DNA of 64,000 nt from a virus. The DNA is taken from the IMG/VR virus record IMGVR_UViG_3300035701_000001; one strand, given 5' to 3'. Positions 45,896 to 54,563 of this stretch are shown in pieces. Under the pieces are notes generated by a model, which was given only the letters and a program-made list of their open reading frames with translations, was not told the origin of the DNA and did no database searches. The position numbers and the translations under genes are program-made. Each line of letters opens with the position of its first letter. Position 1 is the stretch's first letter.

Positions 45896-46467
45896 TTCTC
45901 GGAATCGGAGCCGATCCGGGTCGTCACGGAGGGGTGGCACTGGTCGAGCGCAGGGTGGGCCTGCGTCCGCTTCTACATGCAGTCTGGGAACTCAAAGGGG
46001 AGGGAAGAATCTGGTTTCGTCGTTGCAAGGTCGTCCATGAAAACCTGGTTTTCCAATGTAGATCCCTGGGGGTTCATCCCGAGTCCTTGCTCTATTATGT
46101 CGAACGGCCTCCCCCTGTCTCTCGTAAAGGTACGCTCAAAGGTGACAAACGGGGGCAACAGACCTGGTATGGGATGGGTCGGTACACGGGCAAGATCGAG
46201 GCGGTCTGGTCGCTCCTCTCGGGAGGAGAGGTCGTTCTCCTTGATCAGGCAAAATGGACGTCCTGCTTGCATCCCCATGTCCGTGGCCACAAGGTGGGGG
46301 GAGGAGTCCATCGCGTCACCGAAGCCTTGTTTCTAGTCGAAGGCGTGGACCATGGAATGTCCGAGGTCTCTTCCGGTTGCCGAATTGACTGTGCCGAGGC
46401 CATCCTGCTCGCAGTGGTCGCCGCGAACCATGCATCATTGCAAGTTGACACAACATGTGGCGGGTGA
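45868..46467 (+). CDS. RuvC-like Holliday junction resolvase
   Basis: LGIGADPGRHGGVALV, YVERP, YGMGRYTG, AKW, IDCAEAILLA; exact start uncertain. Confidence 0.7.
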   Translation: MGSAEACPVVLGIGADPGRHGGVALVERRVGLRPLLHAVWELKGEGRIWFRRCKVVHENLVFQCRSLGVHPESLLYYVERPPPVSRKGTLKGDKRGQQTWYGMGRYTGKIEAVWSLLSGGEVVLLDQAKWTSCLHPHVRGHKVGGGVHRVTEALFLVEGVDHGMSEVSSGCRIDCAEAILLAVVAANHASLQVDTTCGG

Positions 46468-46473
46468 TAACCT
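46445..46473 (+). promoter_or_regulatory. Sigma70-type promoter with operator repeat 3
   Basis: TTGACA-17-TAACCT with TG extension; TTGACAC-N5-GTGGC. Confidence 0.65.
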
Positions 46474-46489
46474 GCCTGCGGAGTTCGAG

Positions 46490-46726
46490 ATGCCCAAACC
46501 CTCTTCCGAAGAACGTGCCCGAGCCCAAATCCTGCAGCGCATCCTCGTTGACCTGGTCGCATTGGTTGACTGGGAGGATATGAAGGAGAACCTCCTGTCA
46601 ATGGGAGAGGATCCCGACGAGATCGTTGCGGCCGTGGCCTGGCTCGCGGAAGAGGCGGGGGAAGAACCCGTTTTCGAGATCGGGGCTCTTTCCGAGGAGG
46701 AGGTCGACGATCCCACCGAGTTTTAA
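46490..46726 (+). CDS. Small acidic hypothetical protein
   Basis: GGAG RBS downstream of the promoter; 78 aa. Confidence 0.7.
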   Translation: MPKPSSEERARAQILQRILVDLVALVDWEDMKENLLSMGEDPDEIVAAVAWLAEEAGEEPVFEIGALSEEEVDDPTEF

Positions 46727-46740
46727 CCACGCACCGTACC

Positions 46741-46887
46741 GTCGGATGGGAGGGTGCGCTCCGAAACATCCGACTTGACCTGGAAGGAGGAGGGCTATCC
46801 TCTGTTTGGAGGGGACCGGGGGGTTGGGAAGCCTTCCGGTCGCGTGATTTTGAGATGACCCGCTGGGTGGAAAACCACCTGGCGGGT
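46741..46887 (+). ncRNA. Candidate structured RNA/leader (four consecutive hairpins)
   Basis: Stems GTCGGATG/CATCCGAC, GAGGA/TCCTC, GACCGG/CCGGTC, and 13-bp ACCCGCTGGGTGG/CCACCTGGCGGGT; no family recognised. Confidence 0.35.
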
Positions 46888-46905
46888 TTCTCGTGAGGGA
46901 GAATC

Positions 46906-47484
46906 ATGGCGGTCACGGCCATCCTGTTCTGGAATGGTTCTATCCATCCCAAGGATTTCACGGGGAAGATCGAGATCATTCCCGTGAATGTCCGCAGGGC
47001 CGTTCTTCGGTGTCTTCAAAAAGGGCAACCCTGTGCTGTCTACGGGGAACCGTACCGTTGCCTGATCTGTGGAAGTCGACTGGGAAATCACGATTTGACT
47101 GATGGGGAGTTTTTGTGGCCGGAACAAGCGGGACACTACCTCGAAGCCCATGGCATCTGGACCCCGGATTGTTCGATGTTCGTACGGTCTCTCGTGAAGA
47201 AGTTCCAGCAGAAGAAAACCCCTCCTGTCGAGTCCAAGAAACCCATGGGGCGTATCGAGACCTGTCGGTATGCGGCCATCGAGACGTTCGGTCAGATCTC
47301 TCGGGTATTGCAGCAGTTGTCCCTTGCCTCCCAGGAGATGATTCCCGTTGTGCTCGACCGTTCCGGTACCGAGGTGCCGGTGGGAGTACTCATCCGGTAC
47401 CGGGAGGGAAAACCCGTGCTCGTCCTGCTTGCCCAGGATGAGGTGCACAACGCTCCACCCCGCAAAGGCGGAATGGAGCGGTAG
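46906..47484 (+). CDS. Hypothetical protein with Cys motifs
   Basis: GGGAG RBS; CLIC; 192 aa. Confidence 0.7.
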   Translation: MAVTAILFWNGSIHPKDFTGKIEIIPVNVRRAVLRCLQKGQPCAVYGEPYRCLICGSRLGNHDLTDGEFLWPEQAGHYLEAHGIWTPDCSMFVRSLVKKFQQKKTPPVESKKPMGRIETCRYAAIETFGQISRVLQQLSLASQEMIPVVLDRSGTEVPVGVLIRYREGKPVLVLLAQDEVHNAPPRKGGMER

Positions 47485-47492
47485 AACGTGCA

Positions 47493-48836
47493 TCAGAGAA
47501 GCAGAGCGGTTCCTGCAAGCAGCGTGGCGATCCAGGCCTCGTTGTCGTGGGGAGCTTGCTGAAAATCACGCAGGATCAGCCGGTTGGTCCGTGCGTAGGA
47601 TTGCACCCCGAGGGCCTGTCCATTTTCCAGTTCGAACCAGCAGACGATGTTTGCCTCCGGACCGGGCCATGCGGTAAAACCGGGGAAGGGTGGATTGGGA
47701 TATTGGTTTGACTCGAAAATGTCTCTCTGGTCGTGCTGGGGGATCATCCAGTGGATTCGGTGGATGGCGACGTTTTTGTGTCGTCGTGCGGTCTTTCTGG
47801 CGTCCTTCTGCCACTTCTTCTCTTCCGCGTGGGGTCCGGTGAAGTGCAAGACGGGGTCTTGCTCGATGAGGAAGAGGGATTCATCGAAGGGAACCCTTGG
47901 TTCTTTTCCGGAGATCTGTCTTTTGCAATTGGTGGGTTCCTGGTCGAATAGACTGCCGACTGTGAGTAGGGGAGAGTGCTTCTTGTCGATTCGATCCATG
48001 ATCTCCAGGAGATTTTTTCCCCGGAGTTGCTTCTCTGTCGTTTTCGGTATCGTGTAATTGTAGTACGGATGCTGTACCTGTACCGTTTCTGGATACCAGG
48101 CCACGAATCCGGCAGGGGTCTTGTAGATCCGGATGTCGGGACGATTGCTTTTCCAGGCCCTGCGGACGAGGAGAGGAGCGACAGGGTGTGAATGCTTTTC
48201 GTCGGAGAGTGAGAAGAGATCGCTCGGAACGCATCGATCCCAGGGCTGGTATCCAGTCATCCCATCGATCATCGGCGCGAGGTCGAGGAAGTAGGCTTCG
48301 CGGTTCACAGAGCCATCCGAGTGCAGTCGGATGGAACTCTTACCAGGAGCGAAGGGGATCCAGGGGAAGAAGCTCTGGTAGTAGTAGCCACCTCCCCATG
48401 GACTGGGGGGTGAGTATTCCCGGTTTCTGATGGCGATTCTCAGGGTTTCGTACTGTGCACGGGGAAGATGGATTTCCAGGACGTTGGCCGGTTTTCCGAT
48501 GATTTCTTCGACGGGGGAATTCCACCACTCGTGTCTGCGGACACGTTTGTAGACCTCCCGGCGCAAGAGGCTGACGCACGCACGGGTGAACTCCTCGATG
48601 CGGTTCACGGTCATGCGGGTCGCGAATCCACAGTGATCGACCTGGATCGTTCCATCGGGATACCAGGTCGCGACATTGGAATGGTAGTATTCGAGGTGGA
48701 TTTCTCCCTTGTTGTTCTTCCAGATCTCTGTATTTGTCCGGTTGGGGACGCGACGTTTTTCCTTCCCGGCCAGAAATTCGAGGGCGTCCGCATAGGACCA
48801 GTTCCGAGGAGAATGGGAGACGGCAAAGGCGATCAT
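47493..48836 (-). CDS. Phage-type hypothetical protein
   Basis: AGAGGA RBS; NTEIW..IHLEYYHSNVATWYPDGTIQV..GFATRMTVNRI N-terminal domain. Confidence 0.75.
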   Translation of the reverse strand: MIAFAVSHSPRNWSYADALEFLAGKEKRRVPNRTNTEIWKNNKGEIHLEYYHSNVATWYPDGTIQVDHCGFATRMTVNRIEEFTRACVSLLRREVYKRVRRHEWWNSPVEEIIGKPANVLEIHLPRAQYETLRIAIRNREYSPPSPWGGGYYYQSFFPWIPFAPGKSSIRLHSDGSVNREAYFLDLAPMIDGMTGYQPWDRCVPSDLFSLSDEKHSHPVAPLLVRRAWKSNRPDIRIYKTPAGFVAWYPETVQVQHPYYNYTIPKTTEKQLRGKNLLEIMDRIDKKHSPLLTVGSLFDQEPTNCKRQISGKEPRVPFDESLFLIEQDPVLHFTGPHAEEKKWQKDARKTARRHKNVAIHRIHWMIPQHDQRDIFESNQYPNPPFPGFTAWPGPEANIVCWFELENGQALGVQSYARTNRLILRDFQQAPHDNEAWIATLLAGTALLL

Positions 48837-48881
48837 GGAGTCCTCTCTCTTCCTGCTTATCCCAGAAGGGGATTGACTGGG

Positions 48882-48910
48882 TTGACACAAGTTGTGTCAT
48901 GTGGTATGTT
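48882..48910 (+). promoter_or_regulatory. Sigma70-type promoter with operator repeat 4
   Basis: TTGACA-17-TATGTT with TG extension; TTGACAC-AAGTT-GTGTCAT. Confidence 0.8.
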
Positions 48911-48929
48911 GGCTGCCCTGGGAGGACAC

Positions 48930-50969
48930 ATGAGCGCATTGGACCATCCGATCAAGTTCAAGGAGTTACAGCGAAAACTACGGGAGGCCGGGTGGTTCAA
49001 GGACCGGATGAACGGAACCCACGAGACCTGGAAAGAGCCGGGGGGGCACGTGGTCGTCATCACGTTCACGAACGGGGATGCGGATCGCTCGGCGGTGAAA
49101 GATGTGAATCGAGCGATTCGAACCTGGACTCCCGAGGGAGCGAATCTCCAAGATGCGGTCGAAGCAAAGGGGCAGTCCCTCGGCGTCGAGTTTGAATACC
49201 TCTATCTACCGCAGCGAACGGTCGTTGTTTCGCAGGACCGTGTGCTCGACGTGCTTTTGGCGAATCCAGATCTCTGGTCGAAGAATCAGGAGGAGGCCAG
49301 AGAATTGGCCCTCGTCGAGCATTCAGAGATTTCTTTGTGTCTCTACCGAGCGTGCCTCTGGACTCCGAGCCAGGAGACACGCATCGAATTTTTGCAGGAA
49401 GTCGAGGGGTCCAAGCCGTCTTGGGTCGAGATCTACTCCGGATACTCCCTGTCCTTCTATCGTGGAATGTCTCGAACGATCCAGGTGAAGCAGACGAGGG
49501 CCGTTGTGCAGCCAAGGGATGAGGAGGTGACTCTCGGGAAGTTTCATTGGAGGATCGGGTTCGCCCGAAGCGAGGGGGGTCTGTTCTACCCGGTGGACGA
49601 GCGAGAGGGAACCCATCGCGACATCCTCAGACTCCTGAACGAGTGGAGCACCCAGCGAGAGCGTTGTCTTCCTCCTTCTCTTCTAAGTCTGGAGGGGTTG
49701 TACACTCCGCTGTATGCCTGGCCGTTGAAACCGGACGGTGTCTGGACGTACGTGGCCGATCACGACGATTCCCAAATCTGGAAGGGAGATCGAAAAGCTG
49801 TGCAACTGGAGAAAGACATGATTCCCTGTGAAGTTTTTCCCGGTTTCAATCCTGTTGAACCTTCTCCTTCTGAGCCCGAGACGGACTCGTCCATTCCCCC
49901 TGTGGAGTTCGGGGTCGAGAACACGGATGAGGAGGCCGGGTATCCTGGTCCTCAGCGTCATGGTCCCGTGACGTTTTACAAGGACAGACCGGATTCAAAG
50001 GGTCGACATGTCTGGGTTGCCCGTCTCATCCTCGTGAATGCGAAGGGAAAAAAGGTGATCAGGACCCATCGGGTTCCTGGGAAGAAGAAGGAGGAACTGG
50101 AGCCCATCGCACGGGCGATGTGCGAGGAGTTCTCGGTTCCCTTCGACTCGGCCAGGAGTCTGGAGAATCCTCCGTATGAGAGTCCGGTTCTTCCGAAACG
50201 GGAGGACCCCTCTGAAGCCGTTGAGAAAAAGCCTTCGAAACCCGTGCTGTACAACCTCGTTTTTGACAAGGTACTGGCTCTCTGTGACAAGCAGGGGGCA
50301 GAGGGTCTCTTCCATTACCGTGTTCGAAATCGTGACAACAAGGATCGGAAGTGGGTTTTTTCTGGGTGGTTCATCCCCGAAGGGGTCATTCAGGCCGTAG
50401 AGGAGAAGGGGTTCACGTTCCTCGGGTATCGTCGTTGTGACGAGCGCGGTAGGAAGTTGTTGCCGAACCTGCCTGGCTATGAACCGAAATCGTTGTCTTT
50501 CGAGGGCCGGGAAGTTCCGGAAGCCTTGGCTCCTTCGACCTCTCTCCAGGCTCCTCAGACTTCCCTCTCTCCTTCTTCTGTTCAGGAGTCGATTCATGTG
50601 TCCATTCCGTCTTCTGAGATTCTTTCCCATGAGAAATCGGAACCCGAAGAGGGACCCATGGATGATCCTGTTCAGAAGCTGTTGTCCCGTGCTTCTGCTC
50701 TGGCAATCCGGTTGAGCACGCCCGAGGTCCGATTCCTGATCGGAGAGGTCACAGCCGAGGAGGTTCTGCATCGTGCACTCCTGGGGATAGGAGCCCAGTT
50801 GAGCGAGCCATATGTCTCCTCTGCTCTTCCCTGGCTTGACCATGCGACCCTGTTGGCCAACCGGCTGTCCACTCCCGAGGTGAAGCTCCTCCAAGGGGAT
50901 GTGACTGCCGAGGAAGTCGTTGAACTTGCGCTGGGTCGCTTGGAGACTTCCCTGGGGATGTCGAGTTGA
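48930..50969 (+). CDS. Multidomain protein with N-terminal HicA-like domain
   Basis: GGAGG RBS; IKFKELQRKLREAGW..MNGTHETWKEPGGHVVVI fits HicA; duplicated C-terminal RLSTPEV..VTAEEV motif. Confidence 0.75.
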   Translation: MSALDHPIKFKELQRKLREAGWFKDRMNGTHETWKEPGGHVVVITFTNGDADRSAVKDVNRAIRTWTPEGANLQDAVEAKGQSLGVEFEYLYLPQRTVVVSQDRVLDVLLANPDLWSKNQEEARELALVEHSEISLCLYRACLWTPSQETRIEFLQEVEGSKPSWVEIYSGYSLSFYRGMSRTIQVKQTRAVVQPRDEEVTLGKFHWRIGFARSEGGLFYPVDEREGTHRDILRLLNEWSTQRERCLPPSLLSLEGLYTPLYAWPLKPDGVWTYVADHDDSQIWKGDRKAVQLEKDMIPCEVFPGFNPVEPSPSEPETDSSIPPVEFGVENTDEEAGYPGPQRHGPVTFYKDRPDSKGRHVWVARLILVNAKGKKVIRTHRVPGKKKEELEPIARAMCEEFSVPFDSARSLENPPYESPVLPKREDPSEAVEKKPSKPVLYNLVFDKVLALCDKQGAEGLFHYRVRNRDNKDRKWVFSGWFIPEGVIQAVEEKGFTFLGYRRCDERGRKLLPNLPGYEPKSLSFEGREVPEALAPSTSLQAPQTSLSPSSVQESIHVSIPSSEILSHEKSEPEEGPMDDPVQKLLSRASALAIRLSTPEVRFLIGEVTAEEVLHRALLGIGAQLSEPYVSSALPWLDHATLLANRLSTPEVKLLQGDVTAEEVVELALGRLETSLGMSS

Positions 50970-50994
50970 CACTCTTTGTGTCAACCGCTATGGT
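50966..50994 (+). promoter_or_regulatory. Sigma70-type promoter with operator repeat 5
   Basis: TTGACA-17-TATGGT; perfect GTTGACAC-TCTTT-GTGTCAAC palindrome. Confidence 0.8.
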
Positions 50995-51017
50995 TTCGGA
51001 AGTCGGGGGTCAGAGTC

Positions 51018-51269
51018 ATGTGGACGAATGCAGAGATTCACTATGCGACGAACCTTTGCTTGAAAAATCTCCTGGAGCGCCTGGCCAAAGACACTCCGGT
51101 TGCGACCGGAGAACCGGTTCGTCTCCAGGTGACTCTGGAAGGGAATGAGGTCGAGATCTGTGCGACCTGTACGACTTCCGAAGGCAAGAGCACCCGGAAA
51201 GGTCGTGCAAAGTCGTTCACGCTCGCCATGGAAGAGATCATCCGGTCCGACTGGACAAAGGAGTCGTGA
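51018..51269 (+). CDS. Small hypothetical protein
   Basis: First ORF after promoter 5; coupled to the next gene. Confidence 0.65.
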   Translation: MWTNAEIHYATNLCLKNLLERLAKDTPVATGEPVRLQVTLEGNEVEICATCTTSEGKSTRKGRAKSFTLAMEEIIRSDWTKES

Positions 51270-51835
51270 TGTCTCGCAAGAAGAAGGAAGAGGTCGTCGA
51301 AGTCGAGCCGGTGGCCGAGTCCGTGGCCGAGCCAGTGATCGAGCCTGTGGCCGGACCGGTGACCGAACCCATGACCGAGCCCATGGTCGATCCGGACCTC
51401 GATCCAACGCTGGATGAAGCATCCGTTCCCAGTGGACTTTTCACTCAGAGTCTCATCGAGTCGATCCCCACCCAGTTCTTCGACACGCCCCAGTTCATCA
51501 TGGGCTGCTTCCCGCTGGAAGCCTTCTGGATCGGTCGGATGAAGCGCCGGATCGCGAAGAAGATCATCAAGAACCACATGACTCGCCCCGGCTCCTATTC
51601 CAAACGCCAGATCTTCTCGGCTTACGCAACGGCATACCGGGACCTCAACCGGCTCAAGATTCACACGTACCAGGCACTCACCGACCAGGAACGCCAGGAG
51701 ATCAAGAACAAGCGCATGCTGCAGTCGGCGGGGATCTCGATGGCAGGGCTCTACTTGATGTTTCGGGAAAGAAAGCTCGATCTCGATCTTTCCCCGGAGG
51801 TGCCCCAGGAGATCCCCAAGGGGAACAATCCATGA
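51269..51835 (+). CDS. Hypothetical protein with EPV(A/T) 4-aa repeats and basic C-half
   Basis: AAGGAG RBS; EPVAESVAEPVIEPVAGPVTEPMTEPMV; strong codon bias. Confidence 0.8.
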   Translation: MSRKKKEEVVEVEPVAESVAEPVIEPVAGPVTEPMTEPMVDPDLDPTLDEASVPSGLFTQSLIESIPTQFFDTPQFIMGCFPLEAFWIGRMKRRIAKKIIKNHMTRPGSYSKRQIFSAYATAYRDLNRLKIHTYQALTDQERQEIKNKRMLQSAGISMAGLYLMFRERKLDLDLSPEVPQEIPKGNNP

Positions 51836-52920
51836 ATACCCTCCGTAATGCCGGAACGTTCACGCTGCTCACGGAGCCCGAGGATCTGATCCGCCAGCTT
51901 CCCGTCATCGAATTGGCTGGGCGTACCTGTTACCAGAGCTACGAGGGGAAGGAAATCACCCTGGAGAGCGCTGCAGCCTTCTGTCGGATGTTGATCGACC
52001 GGCCGCATGACAGTGTGCTCGAACATTCGCACATGACGGTTCGGTTCGAGAAGTTGAGCCGAGGTTTTACCCATGAGATGGTTCGGATGCGCCTGTGTGC
52101 GTTCTCCCAGGAGTCGACTCGGTACGTTGACTACAAGCTCGAAAAGCACGAAGCCTCTGCCGTAGCTCCGCCGGATTCGTCCGATGCCTTCGACAAGGCC
52201 TTCGATGCGGCGTTCGCTGCCTATGTGGACCTTCGCAACCAGAAGGTTCCCTCCGAGGATGCCCGCCAGGTGCTGCCGACCGGACTCGTGTCCGAGATCG
52301 TGGTGACGGCCAATTTCCGGGAATGGCGTCACATTTTCGAGCTTCGCTGCGACAAACCGGCTCACTGGGAAATCCGGGGGGTCATGGTGGCGCTGCTCCA
52401 GCACCTCCAGGGGTTCCTCCCTGGCCTCTTCGAGGATTTCCTTCGGGCAGGAACCTGCAAGAAGGGGATTTCATACTACAAGAAGCTCCTTCCATTGCAC
52501 GTTCTGGACGAGCAGATTGCACTGCGGGTCCAGCACGGGTTGTCCTTGCCTGCGAGTGTGGAAACGGGTCTTTCGAATATCAGCGGAAACGACAGGCGTA
52601 TCCTCGTTCACAATCCGAGTTCGAAAGCCATTCAAGAGGCTCGTATGCAACTGATCGATGCAGGATACCGTCCTGTAGTGTTGCTGTGCGTGGATACTCC
52701 GGATTCAACGGCGTTTGATCGGATGTTGCAGACCGATCCGACAGCATGGACGTGGTATGACCGTGGTATCACGGGGTTTCAAGGTACGAAGGAACAGTTC
52801 ATGGGGCTACAGGTCTACCGGGCAAAGGTGGGGCCGGACCCTGGAATTTTTGTTGCTCCCGATCCAGAAGTTCTCGTGATTATCGGGGTCACTTCTGGAG
52901 ATGAGAGAAAGAAGGCATGA
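51832..52920 (+). CDS. thyX: FAD-dependent thymidylate synthase with C-terminal extension
   Basis: AGRTCYQS, HDSVLEH, SRGFTHEMVRMRLCAFSQESTRY, EDARQVLP, TANFREWRHIFELRC..AHWEIR. Confidence 0.93.
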   Translation: MNTLRNAGTFTLLTEPEDLIRQLPVIELAGRTCYQSYEGKEITLESAAAFCRMLIDRPHDSVLEHSHMTVRFEKLSRGFTHEMVRMRLCAFSQESTRYVDYKLEKHEASAVAPPDSSDAFDKAFDAAFAAYVDLRNQKVPSEDARQVLPTGLVSEIVVTANFREWRHIFELRCDKPAHWEIRGVMVALLQHLQGFLPGLFEDFLRAGTCKKGISYYKKLLPLHVLDEQIALRVQHGLSLPASVETGLSNISGNDRRILVHNPSSKAIQEARMQLIDAGYRPVVLLCVDTPDSTAFDRMLQTDPTAWTWYDRGITGFQGTKEQFMGLQVYRAKVGPDPGIFVAPDPEVLVIIGVTSGDERKKA

Positions 52921-53555
52921 AAAAAATCTACATCTGCCATCCGCTGGTCGGGGACGGTTCTCTCGAATGGGGGGACATGGCTCGGAATGTGGATCGATAT
53001 CTCCGGTTCGTAGCCCTCGCGATGAACCAGGGGCATTGTGTCCTTTCCTGGGTCCATCATTACGAGGTGGATCGCCGGGGATGGACAAGGGGAAAGGCTC
53101 AGTTCTACCTGGAACGGGACATGCTGCTCTTACAGCATGCGGACGAGGTCTGGATTGCGGGTCCTCTCTCCGTCTCCAAGGGGATGCGGCAGGAGTATAA
53201 CTTTGCCTGTCGCTACGGGATTTTCGTTCGAAAAGATCCACAATGGGAGGATCCGAAGTTTCTGCCCGGTGTTTTTCCAGATCCGTCGACAGGAGAGATC
53301 GAATCCAGTTCCTCCATATTGGAGACAGTCGATCACCCAGTTCACTACGGAGGCGCGGACGATGTCTATGAGGCGATCAAGGTGATCGATGCCTGGGGTC
53401 TTGGGTTCAGCCTCGGAAACGCGGTGAAATACCTCTGCCGGGCCGGAAACAAAGATCCTGGGAAGACCCTTGAGGATCTGAAGAAAGCTCGATGGTATCT
53501 CGACCATGAGATCGGACTGAGAGAACTTGGATTGTCTGAGAGATTCCATGCCTGA
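52917..53555 (+). CDS. Fusion of a nucleoside-deoxyribosyltransferase-like (DUF4406/DUF1937-type) domain and DUF3310
   Basis: KKIYICHP..ADEVWIAG..SKGMRQEY; C-terminal VDHPVHYGG..YEAIKVI..GNAVKYLCRAGNK..EDLKKARWYL. Confidence 0.75.
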   Translation: MKKIYICHPLVGDGSLEWGDMARNVDRYLRFVALAMNQGHCVLSWVHHYEVDRRGWTRGKAQFYLERDMLLLQHADEVWIAGPLSVSKGMRQEYNFACRYGIFVRKDPQWEDPKFLPGVFPDPSTGEIESSSSILETVDHPVHYGGADDVYEAIKVIDAWGLGFSLGNAVKYLCRAGNKDPGKTLEDLKKARWYLDHEIGLRELGLSERFHA

Positions 53556-53940
53556 CCAGGGGCTGTCCGAGAAGAATTACGAGTTTCCGGCCGCCGGTCG
53601 GACTTGGATTGTGCCAGAATATCCCTTGTCTTGTTTGCGGGATGGCACTCTGGGGGTCCGGTTCTCAGACCTGAGGCGTATCCATCGTTTTATCGCTTGG
53701 AAGCTCTGTCAGGAAGAAGGAACTCTTTCCTTGGAGGAATTCGAGTTTTTGGCTGATATTTCAGATCTAAACATACGTTCGGATGGTCTTTACAAAAAAA
53801 TGGAAGAAAAATGGAAGTCTGAGTTGGGAGACGTTGTTCGGAAGGAGTTTCAGTTTTTTTTATTCGGCATGGATTTTTCTCCCGTTCAGGATCTGGGTAT
53901 TTACGAAAAGGGGGCTCGGATACGGAATGAAGGCTCTTGA
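53548..53940 (+). CDS. Hypothetical protein (lower GC)
   Basis: Overlaps the upstream stop; IHRFIAWKL..LSLEEFEFL. Confidence 0.6.
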   Translation: MPDQGLSEKNYEFPAAGRTWIVPEYPLSCLRDGTLGVRFSDLRRIHRFIAWKLCQEEGTLSLEEFEFLADISDLNIRSDGLYKKMEEKWKSELGDVVRKEFQFFLFGMDFSPVQDLGIYEKGARIRNEGS

Positions 53941-54082
53941 AATTGAAGCGGGATACTATTGCAAAATACTGAGGTATCTTTTCGATTTTCCTACGTGTTC
54001 TGAATGGCTTGGACCTTCGGATAGTCCCTGGACGCAATAAGAGAGGACCCTGGGAGTCCTCTCTCATGCTTCTGGAACCGCC

Positions 54083-54460
54083 ATGCGCCGAGGGTCGCAC
54101 GGGATGACTCTGCTTCCCATCTGGGATTCTTCCCTGCAGGAGGCCCTGTGCATCCGGCAGTGCCTTCTACGGCTCGGATATAAGTCCGAGGAGATCTGCG
54201 TGGAGGAGATCTCCGGGAAGTTCCGCGTTCTGCTCGTCCATGTCGATCACGTGTTCTACTTCGACTTGCGGCCGATGCAAAAAGAAGAACCTGATCTACA
54301 GGACCGTTGGAAACAGGCAATTTCCGAGTGGGATGGAATTGAACCGTCTCTCTTGGTGACGAAGTATCAGACCTCCTGGGCTTCTCAGAATCAGGAGTAC
54401 ATGATCTCCGAATTGCAGCGCGTGGGGATGTATCCTCCACGCAAGATCGGACTCTGCTGA
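54083..54460 (+). CDS. Hypothetical protein
   Basis: 125 aa; follows hairpin 54041-54063; start may be 54104. Confidence 0.65.
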   Translation: MRRGSHGMTLLPIWDSSLQEALCIRQCLLRLGYKSEEICVEEISGKFRVLLVHVDHVFYFDLRPMQKEEPDLQDRWKQAISEWDGIEPSLLVTKYQTSWASQNQEYMISELQRVGMYPPRKIGLC

Positions 54461-54466
54461 GGATAA

Positions 54467-54563
54467 GATCACCACGAAGAACACGAAGAACACGAAGGAT
54501 CGGACCGGCCGAACTCCGCGTCCTCTGCGGTGGAAAAGAACGAGGGAATCACTACGGAGGATC
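54467..54563. repeat. Dispersed 9-mer-based repeat element, copy B
   Basis: GATCACCACGAAGAACACGAAGAACACGAAGGATCGGAC..AACTCCGCGT..GCGGTGGAAAAGAACGAG, near-identical to copy A; between convergent genes. Confidence 0.85.

Noticed and set aside
46741-46774. Hammerhead ribozyme (CGAAAC present)
   Set aside because: CUGAUGA core absent (CGGAUGG instead) and stem topology does not fit
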